From Acidobacteriaceae bacterium UBA1307 (GTDB lineage: Bacteria > Acidobacteriota > Terriglobia > Terriglobales > Acidobacteriaceae), in the NCBI GenBank assembly GCA_002307235.1, contig DBTV01000037.1, forward strand, positions 15,981 to 79,980: a DNA stretch of 64,000 bases. The letters run 5' to 3'. The notes below the pieces were generated by a model that ran no database searches, was not told the origin of the DNA, and worked only from the letters and a program-made list of their open reading frames with translations. Positions 1 through 10,319 of this stretch are shown piece by piece. Made by a program: the position numbers and the translations under genes. Numbering within the stretch: the stretch's first letter is position 1; each line of letters begins with the position of its first letter.

Positions 1-167
1 GGCAGAATGTTGCCGGCTAGGATCGCCAGCAGGGTCGATTTTCCGCTGCCGTTGGGGCCGATCAGGCCGATGCGGTCGCCTTCGTCGACGGCGAGGGAAA
101 GGTTCTCAAACAAAGGCGTGGCACCAAACTGCTTGGCGATGGACTGAGCATTCAAAATTGGGGGCAT
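1..167 (-). CDS. ABC-type ATP-binding protein, N-terminal fragment (continues beyond window start)
   Basis: Reverse complement reads [53 protein letters not shown] with Walker [10 protein letters not shown]. Absent from ORF track because truncated by the window edge. Confidence 0.6.
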   Translation of the reverse strand, partial: MPPILNAQSIAKQFGATPLFENLSLAVDEGDRIGLIGPNGSGKSTLLAILAGNIL

Positions 168-285
168 AGATGTGGGGCGGAGGAGGGCCCAAAGAGCCGT
201 CAAATCCGCTGTTCTCAGGCTATCAGATGGCGCGGCCCCGGCCCGAAACCGTCTATACTCAACAGTGTTTGGAGGAAGTTTTCAG

Positions 286-1656
286 ATGACATCGCCCGCC
301 GTACCCTATGCCCGCGAGAACTACGCGCGGTTTCTCGATGAGTTGAAGGCGCTTCTGCGCATCCCCTCGATCTCGACCTTGCCCGAGCACGACGGCGACT
401 GCCGCAAGACCGCCGAATCGCTTGCGGGCGAGTTGAAGCGGATTGGCTTTGACAACGCCAAGCTGATTGAAACGCGCGTGCATCCGCTGGTTTACGCCGA
501 GTGGCTCCATGCGCCGGGCAAGCCGACGGCGCTGCTCTACGGCCACTATGACGTGCAGCCGGTCGACCCCATCGATGAGTGGATCTCGCCGCCCTTTGAG
601 CCGACCGAGCGCAACGGCAACCTGTATGCACGCGGCACGGCCGACGACAAGGGCCAGGTGTATGCGCAGATCAAGGCGCTCGAATCGCTGCTGGTGACCA
701 CCGGCAAGCTGCCGATCAACATTCGTGTGCTGCTTGAAGGCGACGAGGAAGTGGGCGGCGAGGGCATTGCCGAATATGTGGCCTCGAAGCCGCCGGAGTT
801 GAAGGCCGACTTCGCGCTCATCTCGGACACGGAGATGTTTGCGCCCGATTTGCCGACGTTGTGCGTGGGCCTGCGCGGCATGATCTATACGGAGATCGAG
901 GTGCATGGCGCGAAGACCGACCTGCACTCAGGCATGTACGGCGGCGCGGCTCCGAACCCCTTCATGGCGTTGGCGCAGATGCTGGCGAAGTTGAAGGATG
1001 AGGAAGGTCACATCCTGATCCCCGGCTTCTATGACGACATTATTCCGCCGAGCGCCGAGGAACTGAAGGCATGGCATAGCCTTCCCTTCGACGAGGAGCA
1101 GTATCGCATCGCCGAAGTGGGTTCGCCCAAACTGGTGGGTGAGGCCGGTTACAGCGTGATTGAGCGCACCTGGGCGCGGCCCACGCTTGACGTGCACGGC
1201 ATGCCGGGTGGCTTCACCGGCGCGGGCGCAAAGACGGTGATTCCCGCCAAGGCGCTGGCCAAGGTTTCCATGCGTCTGGTGCCGGGCATGACGCCGGCCA
1301 AGGCCTTCGCGCAGTACAAAAAATATGTGGAGCAGATTGCACCGGCCGGTGTGGACGTCGAGGTGCGACTGATTCACTCCGGCGAGCCGAGCCTGATTCC
1401 GGTGAACAACAAATTTGTGCAGGCGGCCACGCGCGCGCTGCATGCGGTTTGGGGCAAGGACACGGTCTTCATCCGCTCGGGTGGTTCGGTGCCGATCGTC
1501 GGCGACTTTGAGCGCCACCTTGGCGCGCCGAGCGTGATGATGGGCTTCAGCCTGCCGGACGACAGCATTCATGCGCCCAACGAAAAGTTCTGTCTGAAGA
1601 ACTACGCGCTGGGCATCGAGTCGCTGATCGGCTTCCTCGAAGAGGCTGGCAAGTAG
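286..1656 (+). CDS. M20 family metallopeptidase / dipeptidase (ArgE/DapE/CPG2-like)
   Basis: HYDVQP, GTADDKGQ and EGDEEVGG metal-ligand motifs. Start moved to ATG 286, preceded by GGAGGAAG, rather than the track start at 172. Confidence 0.85.
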   Translation: MTSPAVPYARENYARFLDELKALLRIPSISTLPEHDGDCRKTAESLAGELKRIGFDNAKLIETRVHPLVYAEWLHAPGKPTALLYGHYDVQPVDPIDEWISPPFEPTERNGNLYARGTADDKGQVYAQIKALESLLVTTGKLPINIRVLLEGDEEVGGEGIAEYVASKPPELKADFALISDTEMFAPDLPTLCVGLRGMIYTEIEVHGAKTDLHSGMYGGAAPNPFMALAQMLAKLKDEEGHILIPGFYDDIIPPSAEELKAWHSLPFDEEQYRIAEVGSPKLVGEAGYSVIERTWARPTLDVHGMPGGFTGAGAKTVIPAKALAKVSMRLVPGMTPAKAFAQYKKYVEQIAPAGVDVEVRLIHSGEPSLIPVNNKFVQAATRALHAVWGKDTVFIRSGGSVPIVGDFERHLGAPSVMMGFSLPDDSIHAPNEKFCLKNYALGIESLIGFLEEAGK

Positions 1657-1743
1657 AACCGGGAGCGCGGCTTGTTTCGCGCTGCCGCCACGGGGCGCAG
1701 ACCTTTTCGGGGGCTGCGCCCCTTGCGCAAGAGGGAGCACGGC

Positions 1744-2568
1744 ATGGCATTGTTCGAGTGTGCGGCGAAGCTGTTCGGCAAGGCGGAAGAGGAGAGCGGT
1801 GCTGCCGTGGCCAGCGGGGGGCCGCTGATCTCGTTTGAGCACGTCAGCATTGGCTTTGACGGTCGCGCGGTGCTCGACGATGTGAGCTTTGAGGTGCAGC
1901 GCGGCGAGACGCTCTGCATTCTTGGCCGCAGCGGCGTGGGCAAGTCGGTGGCGCTGCGCTTGCTGATGGGCTTTCTCAAGCCGGATGCCGGTTCGATCCG
2001 TGTGGAGGATGCGGAGATCGACACGATGGGCGAAGACGGCCTGCGCGAGATTCGCAAAAAAGTGACGATGGTCTTCCAGAACGGCGCCCTGTTTGATTCG
2101 CTGAGCGTGCGCGAGAATATTGCCTTTCCGTTGCGTGAGCGCGGCGGCCTGAGCGAAGACGAGATTCTTGCCAAGGTGGATCGATTGATGGCGATGGTCG
2201 GTGTGGAGAGCAGCGCGGATGCTCTGCCGTCGAGCCTTGCCACCGGCTACAAACGGGCCGTGGCGATGGCGCGCGCTCTGGCCGCATCGCCCGAGATTGT
2301 GCTCTACGATGAGCCGACGACGATGGTCGATCCGATCATTGCATGGCGCATGGGTGACCTGATCGAGCAGATGAAGCAGCAGTTCCGTCTGACGAGCATT
2401 GTGGTGACGCACGACATGCGTTTTGCCAAGCGTCTGGCAGACCGAATTCTTTTTCTAGCCGAAGGAAAGGCGCATTATTTCGGCCCTACGGAGGAGTTTG
2501 TTTCCTCTCAAGATACATTGATTCGTCAGTTTTTATCGCTCGACGCTTATCGGCTGCCTGTTGCATAA
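1744..2568 (+). CDS. ABC transporter ATP-binding protein (MlaF/Ttg2A-like)
   Basis: Walker A GRSGVGKS, Walker B IVLYDEPT, H-loop VTHD. Internal ATG 1744 chosen over the R-rich leader of the track ORF. Confidence 0.8.
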   Translation: MALFECAAKLFGKAEEESGAAVASGGPLISFEHVSIGFDGRAVLDDVSFEVQRGETLCILGRSGVGKSVALRLLMGFLKPDAGSIRVEDAEIDTMGEDGLREIRKKVTMVFQNGALFDSLSVRENIAFPLRERGGLSEDEILAKVDRLMAMVGVESSADALPSSLATGYKRAVAMARALAASPEIVLYDEPTTMVDPIIAWRMGDLIEQMKQQFRLTSIVVTHDMRFAKRLADRILFLAEGKAHYFGPTEEFVSSQDTLIRQFLSLDAYRLPVA

Positions 2569-3128
2569 TTATTTATTTTTTATCCCAGAGCAAGGGTATA
2601 ATCCGTTTGCCAGCAGTTAGTCCGTTCGATGGTTTTCTACGGCGGTGTTGGCGTGAATCAAAAATACAGATGCAAGTTCGGTGCAGAGTGGATGGGGCAA
2701 GTCCGAACGCCCAACATGTTTTGTGGTTGCTCCTCCTTTGTGCTTGACCTTTTGCCTTTTCAGAAAGCCGAAGTTGGATTCTGAAGAGTCGATGTCCTTT
2801 TTTCCAGACCTGCGTACGGGTGCTGTTGGTCCAAGAATGCGGGCGCATTTGCGCCTGGCAATGAGGCAAAGTTTTTCCGTCATCGAGAACTGCGTGCGGC
2901 TTTGCTGAAAGCTCATCCAACGGTTACACCTGCTCTATTCCATAGAATCACAGTAGCTAAAGCTATCACTCTTCCTGATGCCTGTTTTTTCTTCTTCCTT
3001 TCTGGAAGATAGAGGAATCTGCAGCGAGGTTCGCAAGTCGACCTATGGCAACTTCAGGGCTTTGGCAGCGCATTGCCTCTTCGGTGACCTTGGCCACGGA
3101 GGGAGAGCGGTCCGCTGGCGATGGAAAA

Positions 3129-4532
3129 ATGAAGTTATGGATGGCGCTCGACGTGATGACGGTCGTGGCATCTGCCTTCGTCTCCACGCTTTTCGAGTTT
3201 CGCGTGCAACCCGTGAGTGGTGCGCGAAACTTCTGGCACGGAAGGCTGATTCATGGCTGTTCGACGGGGCTTCTCCTGGCGCTTCTCGGATGGTTTGCTC
3301 TCTCTCTGGTCTTTACCAGTCGCGGGCTTCATCTTTATGCGCCGAAGCGGCTTGCCAGCCTGCTGAACGAGCAGAGACTCAGCCTCCAGGCATGTCTGAC
3401 CTCGGGGCTGTTGCTGACCGGATCGCTTTACGTGATCCATGCCGACGACGTTCCGCGCGGCATCGTGTTGAGCACGATTCTTCTGGTCACGGCGTCGCTG
3501 AGCCTGCGTCGGCTGCTCTATCGGCTGCTCTTGTACCGGCGCTATGTGCACGGTGTGGGCATGCGCAATGTGCTGATTGTCGGAACCGGCCCGGAGGCTT
3601 GCGCCTTGCAGAAGTACCTCGGCACCGTCCGTCGACTGGGGTACAGCTTCAAAGGATTCGTGGCCGTTGGCCAGGCGTCGTGCGTGCAGGAGGATGAGGT
3701 CGTCGGATCACTCGAGACGCTCTTTCAGCATGTGCGTCAATTATTTGTCGATGAGATTTTTTTCTCGGTGCCCTGTGAGCATCAAACCATGCAGACGGTT
3801 CTTGAGCAGGCTCGCGACCTGGGCGTTGATCTGCGCCTGATTCCGAATACATACAACGGCCTGGGGTGGAATCATCCGGTTGAATATCTGGGGCAGTTCC
3901 TTACGGTTCCCCTGCATTGCGGGCAGGTGCGCGAGGTCAGCCTGTTCTTGAAGCGCGTCTTTGATCTGGCGTTTTCAGCCATGGTGCTGGCGCTGTCGTC
4001 TCCTGTCCTGTTGGCGATTGCCATCGCCATTCGCCTTGATTCCCCGGGGCCGGCATTGTATCGGGCAGAGCGTATCGGGAAAAAAGGCAGAGTGTTTCCC
4101 TGCTACAAATTTCGCACGATGGTGCGCGATGCAGAAAAATTGCGCGCGCAACTGCTGGAACGGAACGAACGCGATGGAGTTCTCTTCAAGGTGTCCAATG
4201 ATCCGCGCATTACCAGGCTCGGGCGTTTTTTGCGCAAGTATTCGCTCGACGAGCTTCCGCAGTTCCTGAATGTGCTGCGCGGCGATATGAGTGTCGTTGG
4301 GCCGCGGCCTCCGCTGGCCGGTGAGGTGAAAAAGTACGAACTGAACCATCTGCGCCGTCTGAGCGTGACGCCGGGCATTACCGGGCTCTGGCAGGTGCAG
4401 GGCCGGCAGAATCCATCCTTTGCCAGCTATGTTTCACTCGATGCAACCTATATCGACAACTGGAGCATCTGGCTCGATTTCAAGATCATTCTGCGCACCA
4501 TCGGCGTGGTCTTCTCCGGAACCGGCTCTTGA
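3129..4532 (+). CDS. Exopolysaccharide polyprenyl glycosylphosphotransferase (bacterial sugar transferase family)
   Basis: N-terminal TM helices and a central Rossmann-like region. C-terminal Bac_transf motifs include DELPQFLNVLRGDMSVVGPRPP and TPGITGLWQV. Start uncertain (3045 or 3129). Confidence 0.85.
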   Translation: MKLWMALDVMTVVASAFVSTLFEFRVQPVSGARNFWHGRLIHGCSTGLLLALLGWFALSLVFTSRGLHLYAPKRLASLLNEQRLSLQACLTSGLLLTGSLYVIHADDVPRGIVLSTILLVTASLSLRRLLYRLLLYRRYVHGVGMRNVLIVGTGPEACALQKYLGTVRRLGYSFKGFVAVGQASCVQEDEVVGSLETLFQHVRQLFVDEIFFSVPCEHQTMQTVLEQARDLGVDLRLIPNTYNGLGWNHPVEYLGQFLTVPLHCGQVREVSLFLKRVFDLAFSAMVLALSSPVLLAIAIAIRLDSPGPALYRAERIGKKGRVFPCYKFRTMVRDAEKLRAQLLERNERDGVLFKVSNDPRITRLGRFLRKYSLDELPQFLNVLRGDMSVVGPRPPLAGEVKKYELNHLRRLSVTPGITGLWQVQGRQNPSFASYVSLDATYIDNWSIWLDFKIILRTIGVVFSGTGS

Positions 4533-4581
4533 AGATTTGCGCGGGTAGGAAGAGGTGCGGCCGGTGCAATAGACTGTTGAT

Positions 4582-6225
4582 GTGAAGATTGCCCTTGCAC
4601 AGATCGATCCCACGGTGGGAGATTTCACCGGGAATATTGAGAAGATGATCAGCGTCAGCCGTCGCGCGGCCGCATCGGGCGCGCGCCTGACCGTCTTCTC
4701 CGAGTTGGCCATCTGCGGCTATCCGCCGGCAGATTTTTTAGAGAAGCCGAGCTTTTTGGCGCGCTGCCAGGCGGCGATGGAGGAGTTGGCGGCGGCGACG
4801 CGCGCCCTGCCTACCGCCGTGCTGGTCGGCGTGGCGCTGTCCGCACCGGAAGGCAGCGGCAAGCCTGCGGTCAACGCGGCCGTGCTGCTCGACAAGGGCA
4901 AGATCCTGCTTGAACAGCACAAGCGTCTGTTGCCCTTCTATGACGTCTTTGATGAGCAGCGCTACTTTGCGCCGGCCACAGAGCAGAAGGTCGTCGAACT
5001 CGACGGTCTGCGGCTGGCCGTGACTATCTGCGAGGATGCCTGGAACGATAAAAACTTCTGGCGCGAACGTCTCTATCCGGTCGATCCGCTCGAAGAATTG
5101 CGTCGGCAGAATCCCGACATTCACATCAATCTTTCTTCCTCGCCCTTCTGGCATTCAAAGCGCAAGGTGCGTCGTGCGATGGTGGAGGCGATTGCCCGGC
5201 GCGATCATATTCCTGTCGTGCTCGTCAATCAGGTGGGCGGCAACGACAGCCTGATCTTCGACGGTTCTTCGCTGGCGATCAATGCGCGCGGTGAGCTGGT
5301 GGCGCAGGCGGCGTCGTTCGCTGAGGATTTGGTTCTCGTCGATCCATTTTCCGCTGAGCCGATTCCCGAGCCGGTCGAGGATGACACGGAGGCCTCGTAT
5401 CAGGCGTTGGTGCTGGGTACCCGCGATTACGTGCGCAAGTGCGGATTCAAGAAGGCGATTGTGGGCCTGAGCGGCGGCATTGATTCGGCGCTGGTGGTGG
5501 CCGTGGCTGCCGAGGCGCTCGGCGCGGAAAACGTGATTGCCGTCGGCATGCCGAGCCCGTATTCCTCGCAAGGGTCAATCGACGACAGTCGCGCGCTGGC
5601 GGCGAACCTCGGCATTCAATTTGAGCTGATCGGCATCAGCGGGCTCTTCAACGAATTCCAGAAGGCGCTGGCACCGCAGTTCGCGGGGCTGAAGGCTGAC
5701 ACTACCGAAGAAAACATTCAGTCGCGCACGCGCGGTTGTTTGCTGATGGCCATGTCGAACAAGTTTTCGGCGCTGGTGCTGACCACCGGCAACAAGTCGG
5801 AGATGGCCGTAGGCTATTGCACGCTTTATGGCGATATGGTGGGTGCGCTGGCGGTGATCGGCGATCTGGTCAAGACGCGCGTCTATGACGTCTGCCGCTG
5901 GATCAACCGCGAACGCGAGGTGATCCCCTCGGCGATTCTGACCAAGCCGCCATCGGCTGAACTCAGGCCCGACCAGAAAGACACCGACTCGCTGCCACCG
6001 TATGATGTACTGGATCCGATTTTGGAGGCCTATGTCGAGCGCTACGAGACGCCCGAGCAGATCGAGGCGCGTTATGGCTTTGCCCCCGCGGTGATTCAGC
6101 ACGTGGTGCGGTTGGTGGAGCGCAGCGAATACAAACGGCAACAGGCTGCGCCCGTCTTAAAGTTAACCGCGAAGTCGTTCGGCATGGGACGCCGATTTCC
6201 CATTGCCGTCAAGGTTCAGGTATAA
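4582..6225 (+). CDS. nadE: Glutamine-dependent NAD+ synthetase
   Basis: N-terminal CN-hydrolase domain (TICEDAW) and C-terminal PP-loop GLSGGIDSA. GTG start. Confidence 0.9.
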   Translation: MKIALAQIDPTVGDFTGNIEKMISVSRRAAASGARLTVFSELAICGYPPADFLEKPSFLARCQAAMEELAAATRALPTAVLVGVALSAPEGSGKPAVNAAVLLDKGKILLEQHKRLLPFYDVFDEQRYFAPATEQKVVELDGLRLAVTICEDAWNDKNFWRERLYPVDPLEELRRQNPDIHINLSSSPFWHSKRKVRRAMVEAIARRDHIPVVLVNQVGGNDSLIFDGSSLAINARGELVAQAASFAEDLVLVDPFSAEPIPEPVEDDTEASYQALVLGTRDYVRKCGFKKAIVGLSGGIDSALVVAVAAEALGAENVIAVGMPSPYSSQGSIDDSRALAANLGIQFELIGISGLFNEFQKALAPQFAGLKADTTEENIQSRTRGCLLMAMSNKFSALVLTTGNKSEMAVGYCTLYGDMVGALAVIGDLVKTRVYDVCRWINREREVIPSAILTKPPSAELRPDQKDTDSLPPYDVLDPILEAYVERYETPEQIEARYGFAPAVIQHVVRLVERSEYKRQQAAPVLKLTAKSFGMGRRFPIAVKVQV

Positions 6226-6268
6226 GCTAATTTCGGGGAGTATTTCCCACGATAAAAGGAGAATCAGC

Positions 6269-7255
6269 TTGATCCGTTCGTCCGTTCGTACCGCAAGTGC
6301 ATGCGCGAGTCTGTTCGCCGGCATGGTTTTGTCTCTGACTGCTGCTGTGGCAGTGGCCCAGACGGAGGTCCCCGCCGCGCCGGAGTCGCCCAAGCCGGCG
6401 GCCGCGCCCGCTTTTCCCAAGCCCGATCCGGCGAATTTTACTGCCACGGCGCCGACCAAGGAGACCGTCGACGGTTTCTTGCACGCCAGCTGGGGATACG
6501 ATGAGAATCGCATCTGGCAGGTGCAGGCTATTCTGAAGACGCCGGTCGAGGGCATCAGCAAGGTGATTGTGCTGGTCGGAGAGAAGGGCGGCAAAGATCA
6601 GCCGCAGGTTCTGCAGTTCTTTGCAACGCCCGATGGCAAGCACATTATCGCTGGCGATCAAATCGTAGCCTTCGGTACGCGGCCCTATGACGAGTTCCGC
6701 GCCAAGCTGCAGAAGGAGGCCGTTGGCCCCTATCGCGGCGCCGCAGCCAAGGATCTGGAGATCGTCGAGTTTGCCGACTTCCAGTGCCCGCACTGCAAAG
6801 AGGCGCAGGCCAACATGGAGAAGCTCGTCGCCGATTATCCGCAGGCGCGTTTTGTCTTCGAGTCTGACCCGATTCCGTCGATTCATCCGCAGGCGTTGCT
6901 GGCCTCGACCTATGGCTATTGCGTGGCCAAGCTGGCTGGCAGTTCGGCCTTCTTCCAGTTTGCCTCCGCGGCCTTTGAAGGTCAGGATGGTCTGGCAACG
7001 GCCGATGGCGCGCAGTTGACGCTGAACAGCGCTATTGCCAAGGCGGGCGCGGATGCAGCGAAGGTTGCTGCCTGCGCGGCGACGCCCGAGGCCAAGGCCG
7101 CCATCGAGACCTCGCGCAAGCTGGCTGGCGAGCTGGGCATCAATCAGGTTCCGATGCTGGTTGTGAACGGTCGCTCGATCCCTGCCAATGCGCCCTATGA
7201 GACGCTGAAGAAGGTGATCGATTTCCAGATCAAGCTGGACGGTCTGGCCAAGTAG
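6269..7255 (+). CDS. Secreted DsbA-like thiol:disulfide oxidoreductase
   Basis: CPHC active site (FADFQCPHCKEA) and a signal-peptide-like N-terminus. In-frame TTG 6269 lies 6 nt after AAAGGAGA. Confidence 0.75.
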   Translation: MIRSSVRTASACASLFAGMVLSLTAAVAVAQTEVPAAPESPKPAAAPAFPKPDPANFTATAPTKETVDGFLHASWGYDENRIWQVQAILKTPVEGISKVIVLVGEKGGKDQPQVLQFFATPDGKHIIAGDQIVAFGTRPYDEFRAKLQKEAVGPYRGAAAKDLEIVEFADFQCPHCKEAQANMEKLVADYPQARFVFESDPIPSIHPQALLASTYGYCVAKLAGSSAFFQFASAAFEGQDGLATADGAQLTLNSAIAKAGADAAKVAACAATPEAKAAIETSRKLAGELGINQVPMLVVNGRSIPANAPYETLKKVIDFQIKLDGLAK

Positions 7256-7274
7256 TTTTCTGCAAGAATGAAAA

Positions 7275-7302
7275 AGCCCGCCGGGTGCATGCCGGGCGGG
7301 CT
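7275..7302. terminator. GC-rich hairpin between convergent genes (bidirectional intrinsic terminator candidate)
   Basis: AGCCCGCC..GGCGGGCT stem with an A5 run on one side (a U-run for the minus-strand secretin transcript) and CTTTCTC on the other. Confidence 0.55.
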
Positions 7303-7320
7303 TTCTCGTGCGCGAAAAGT

Positions 7321-9222
7321 TTATTGGGGTTGGCCCGTGCGCTGGATGCGGAACATCGGCGAATGGCCGGTGGATTGCGGGCCGCGCACCAGATGCGGTG
7401 TGACCAGGATCAGCAGGGATGAGGTGTTCTTCTGCTTCTCATTGTCATCGATCTGATTGAGCCCCGGAATCTCGCCGATGCCCGGCGTGCCAGAGAGCGA
7501 GCGCGTCTCTGACTTGTCCAGTTCTCCGGCGAGAATCACCGATTCGCCCTCCCGCGTCGTGATGACACCCGAGTAGGAGCGGCTGGTCAGAATCGGATTG
7601 TCGTTGAGCGTGGTGCCGGACAATGCGTCGATCTTCAGCTCGATCGAGAGCGCGAGATGATCGTTGCGCATGACGCTGGCCGTCGTCTTCAGCGTCAATC
7701 CCAGATCCTGATAGCTGACCTGCGGGATGGTTGCCGTCGAGCTATACGAGGCCAGCAGCGCGGCCAGCGCCGACGATGTGCCCGAGGTCGTCAGACCGGC
7801 AATCGCCGATGAGCTCGAGGACATATTGGAATAGGAGGAGGTTTGAATCGGATAGCGCGAGCCCAGCCGCAAGGTGCTGGCCTCGCCATCGCCCAGTCGC
7901 AGTTGCACGTTGTCCAACTGGCGGGAGTTGGAGTAGGTGTGGCCCAGGTCAACGGTAAACGAGCCGCCGGGCGACAGCGCCGACTGTGTGATGCCGCCGC
8001 CGAACAGCAGAAGTCCGTTCGAGAACAGAGAGCTTGAGACCGAGCCGGAGGCGATCAGGATTCCGATAATCGCCAGCGGATCGTTGGCCGAGGCCAGGCC
8101 CGAGGAGATGATCTCTTGCACGAGCGTCGAGTTCGCATTCAGAATCGACTGTTCTTCGGTGTAGACGTTGGCGGCCGTGAATGTCTGCGGAAGAGAGGTG
8201 CCGGTCGAGCGCGTGGAGTTGCGTGCCAGTTGCAGAATGCGCACCTCAAGCATTACCTGGCTTTTGCCGTCGAGCAACGGCCGCAGCGTGTTGTTGAAGG
8301 CCGTGAGCAGTTCGGGCGCGGCGCGCAAGGTGATGCTGCTGGCCGTGGTGTCGGCGACTGCGTTCTGAATCTGGAAGACATTTTTGGCCACGTTGACCAG
8401 ATCGCTGATCGCGTTGGCGTCCATGCCGGAAACGGTGATGGTTTCTAGTTCCTGATTTTCAAACTGCAGGCGCGCTTCGCGTGAATCGCGGGCAATCAAT
8501 GCGCGATGCGCGTCGAGAGGCACGTAGAAGGTGCGCGTGGCCAGTGTAAAAGCCTGCACTGCCTGGGCAAAGTTCACTTCGTCCAGGTCGAAGAAGATCC
8601 GGTTCGAGCGAACACTGTCGTCGATGGTGACCTGAATGCCGTAGGCCGTAAAGATCTGCTGCGCAATCTGACGCGCGTCCGCGTGCAGGTGAAAACTCTT
8701 CTCTCCCTGCAGGGGCATCAGCGCGGCGGCGGAGCGCAGGCCGGAGGAAGTGCCGTCGTAGAGCGGCGTCGGCGCATCGAGCACCTGATCGTTGCCCAGT
8801 TCATACAGATGTTGCTCCACCTGCGGGTCGTTCGGCGCCAGTGCGCGGGCATGCTCCAGCGCGGCATGGGCGGCGGTCGCATTGCCGCGCAGACGGTCCT
8901 TGGCCGCCGACTGCACCAGCGCGGTGACGGCGTGATTGCGGGCGACCTCAATGGCCAGCGCGTAATCGCGATTGCTTGCATCGAGCGCGGCGGCCTTCTT
9001 GTAGAGCGCCATGGCCTCTTCAAACTTTTCGGCCATGAACAGCTTGCCGGCTTGCATGAAGAGCTTGGCCGCATGACGCCGGTCGCGGTTTGGCGGCAGC
9101 TTTTCTCCGGTGGCGCTTTGCTTGGCGGCCGGTGGCGTGGTGGTGGACGGTTGCTGCGCGGGGAGCGATGCGATGGCCATGCACAGGGCAAGCGGCAGGG
9201 CGATCAAGGTTGTGCGCTTCAT
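7321..9222 (-). CDS. Type II/III secretion system secretin-family outer-membrane protein with TPR-like N-terminus
   Basis: Signal peptide and TPR-like helices. C-terminal secretin domain ends with GIGEIPGL...SSLLILVTPHLV. Confidence 0.75.
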   Translation of the reverse strand: MKRTTLIALPLALCMAIASLPAQQPSTTTPPAAKQSATGEKLPPNRDRRHAAKLFMQAGKLFMAEKFEEAMALYKKAAALDASNRDYALAIEVARNHAVTALVQSAAKDRLRGNATAAHAALEHARALAPNDPQVEQHLYELGNDQVLDAPTPLYDGTSSGLRSAAALMPLQGEKSFHLHADARQIAQQIFTAYGIQVTIDDSVRSNRIFFDLDEVNFAQAVQAFTLATRTFYVPLDAHRALIARDSREARLQFENQELETITVSGMDANAISDLVNVAKNVFQIQNAVADTTASSITLRAAPELLTAFNNTLRPLLDGKSQVMLEVRILQLARNSTRSTGTSLPQTFTAANVYTEEQSILNANSTLVQEIISSGLASANDPLAIIGILIASGSVSSSLFSNGLLLFGGGITQSALSPGGSFTVDLGHTYSNSRQLDNVQLRLGDGEASTLRLGSRYPIQTSSYSNMSSSSSAIAGLTTSGTSSALAALLASYSSTATIPQVSYQDLGLTLKTTASVMRNDHLALSIELKIDALSGTTLNDNPILTSRSYSGVITTREGESVILAGELDKSETRSLSGTPGIGEIPGLNQIDDNEKQKNTSSLLILVTPHLVRGPQSTGHSPMFRIQRTGQPQ

Positions 9223-9956
9223 GCTTGCGCTCCGGTTGCTGCCAGCAGAGCGGCCAGCGAAGTTGTGCAGACCTCGGGCTCAAGGGCAAGCAGCGTGGCG
9301 TAGTCGTAGCGGCCGGTGGCCACGGCGATGACGGGCAGGGCATTGGCCCGTGCGGCGGCAATATCGCGGGGCGTGTCGCCGACGACGCAGACGGTGGCTC
9401 CGGCGCCCGCGCGTTGGCGAGCCAGTTCCGCCGCGTGACCCACCATGGCGTTACGGTCGAGAAAATGATCACTGAAGCCGCCAAAGCTGAAGCGGTGACG
9501 CACGCCGAGCCGCTCCATCTTGATCCAGCCGATGGCCTCGACGTTGCCGGTGGCCAGGCCGAGCGCCGCGCCCTGCGCCGCAAGATGCGCCAGCGTCTCC
9601 GCGACGCCGGGCAGCATCTCCAGATCGAATGCAGCGCGTTTTTCTTCGGCGATCACACCCATGGTGCGCAGAATCTCGGCGGCGTGTTCTTCAAAGAAGG
9701 CCTCTGTGTGGCCCGATCTCTTGAGTGCCTCGTGCAGAATCGCGCGGTCGGTGTTGCCGGCCAGCGGCACGCCTTCGAGCGAGATGCTGGCGCCGGTGAC
9801 GCGCTCGACACTTTCAAAAAACGCATGGAAGTGGGTTCGGTCGCGGCTCAGCAGCAGCGTGCCGTCGATGTCGAACAGATAAGCCGGGCATTCGTCCCAG
9901 ACGAATCCCGGCTTGATCGAAACGTGTGCGGAATGTTCTTCAGGCAATGTGGGCAT
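9219..9956 (-). CDS. HAD-superfamily hydrolase (phosphoglycolate phosphatase-like)
   Basis: DxD motif YLFDIDGTLL and a C-terminal GD motif VCVVGDTPRD. ATGA overlap with the downstream secretin start. Confidence 0.75.
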   Translation of the reverse strand: MPTLPEEHSAHVSIKPGFVWDECPAYLFDIDGTLLLSRDRTHFHAFFESVERVTGASISLEGVPLAGNTDRAILHEALKRSGHTEAFFEEHAAEILRTMGVIAEEKRAAFDLEMLPGVAETLAHLAAQGAALGLATGNVEAIGWIKMERLGVRHRFSFGGFSDHFLDRNAMVGHAAELARQRAGAGATVCVVGDTPRDIAAARANALPVIAVATGRYDYATLLALEPEVCTTSLAALLAATGAQA

Positions 9957-9971
9957 CCGGTTGGCGCGCCC

Positions 9972-10259
9972 TCAGCCTTGGCGGTAGCCCTGGCGATAGA
10001 CGCTGAATACAGGACGTTCGCTGCGCGGCGGACGCTTGAGTCCGGCGCGAATATCTGCCAGATCGAGGCCCAGCTCGGCCATCGTACGGCTCAGCGTATT
10101 GCGGTGCATTCCCAGCTCTTCGGCCGCCTTACACTGGTTGCCTTTGTGGGCGACAAGCACCTCGCGCAAATACTGGCGCTTAAAGCTGCGAACGGCTTCC
10201 TCATACGAGACGCCGCTCGAGTGCATTTGCGTCACAAGACTGTCCAGTTCTCTTTTCAC
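9972..10259 (-). CDS. Fis-family helix-turn-helix DNA-binding protein
   Basis: C-terminal HTH_8 signature GNQCKAAEELGMHRNTLSRTMAELG. Confidence 0.7.
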   Translation of the reverse strand: MKRELDSLVTQMHSSGVSYEEAVRSFKRQYLREVLVAHKGNQCKAAEELGMHRNTLSRTMAELGLDLADIRAGLKRPPRSERPVFSVYRQGYRQG

Positions 10260-10319
10260 GACTTCCTCTGGCTTAATGGCTGTGGAAAAACGGGCACAAA
10301 AGCCCGAATCTCTTTTATA

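Noticed and set aside
928-2412. Many long ORFs in the track overlap the strongly supported genes on the opposite strand or in other frames. Examples are 928-2412(-), 13648-14451(+), 15310-16365(+), 17467-19083(-), 22580-23542(+), 48263-49891(-), 55411-56217(-) and 61257-62270(-).
   Set aside because: Their translations are R/A/P/H/G-rich and low-complexity, with no motifs. They mirror genes that have clear conserved motifs. These are typical shadow ORFs of high-GC DNA.
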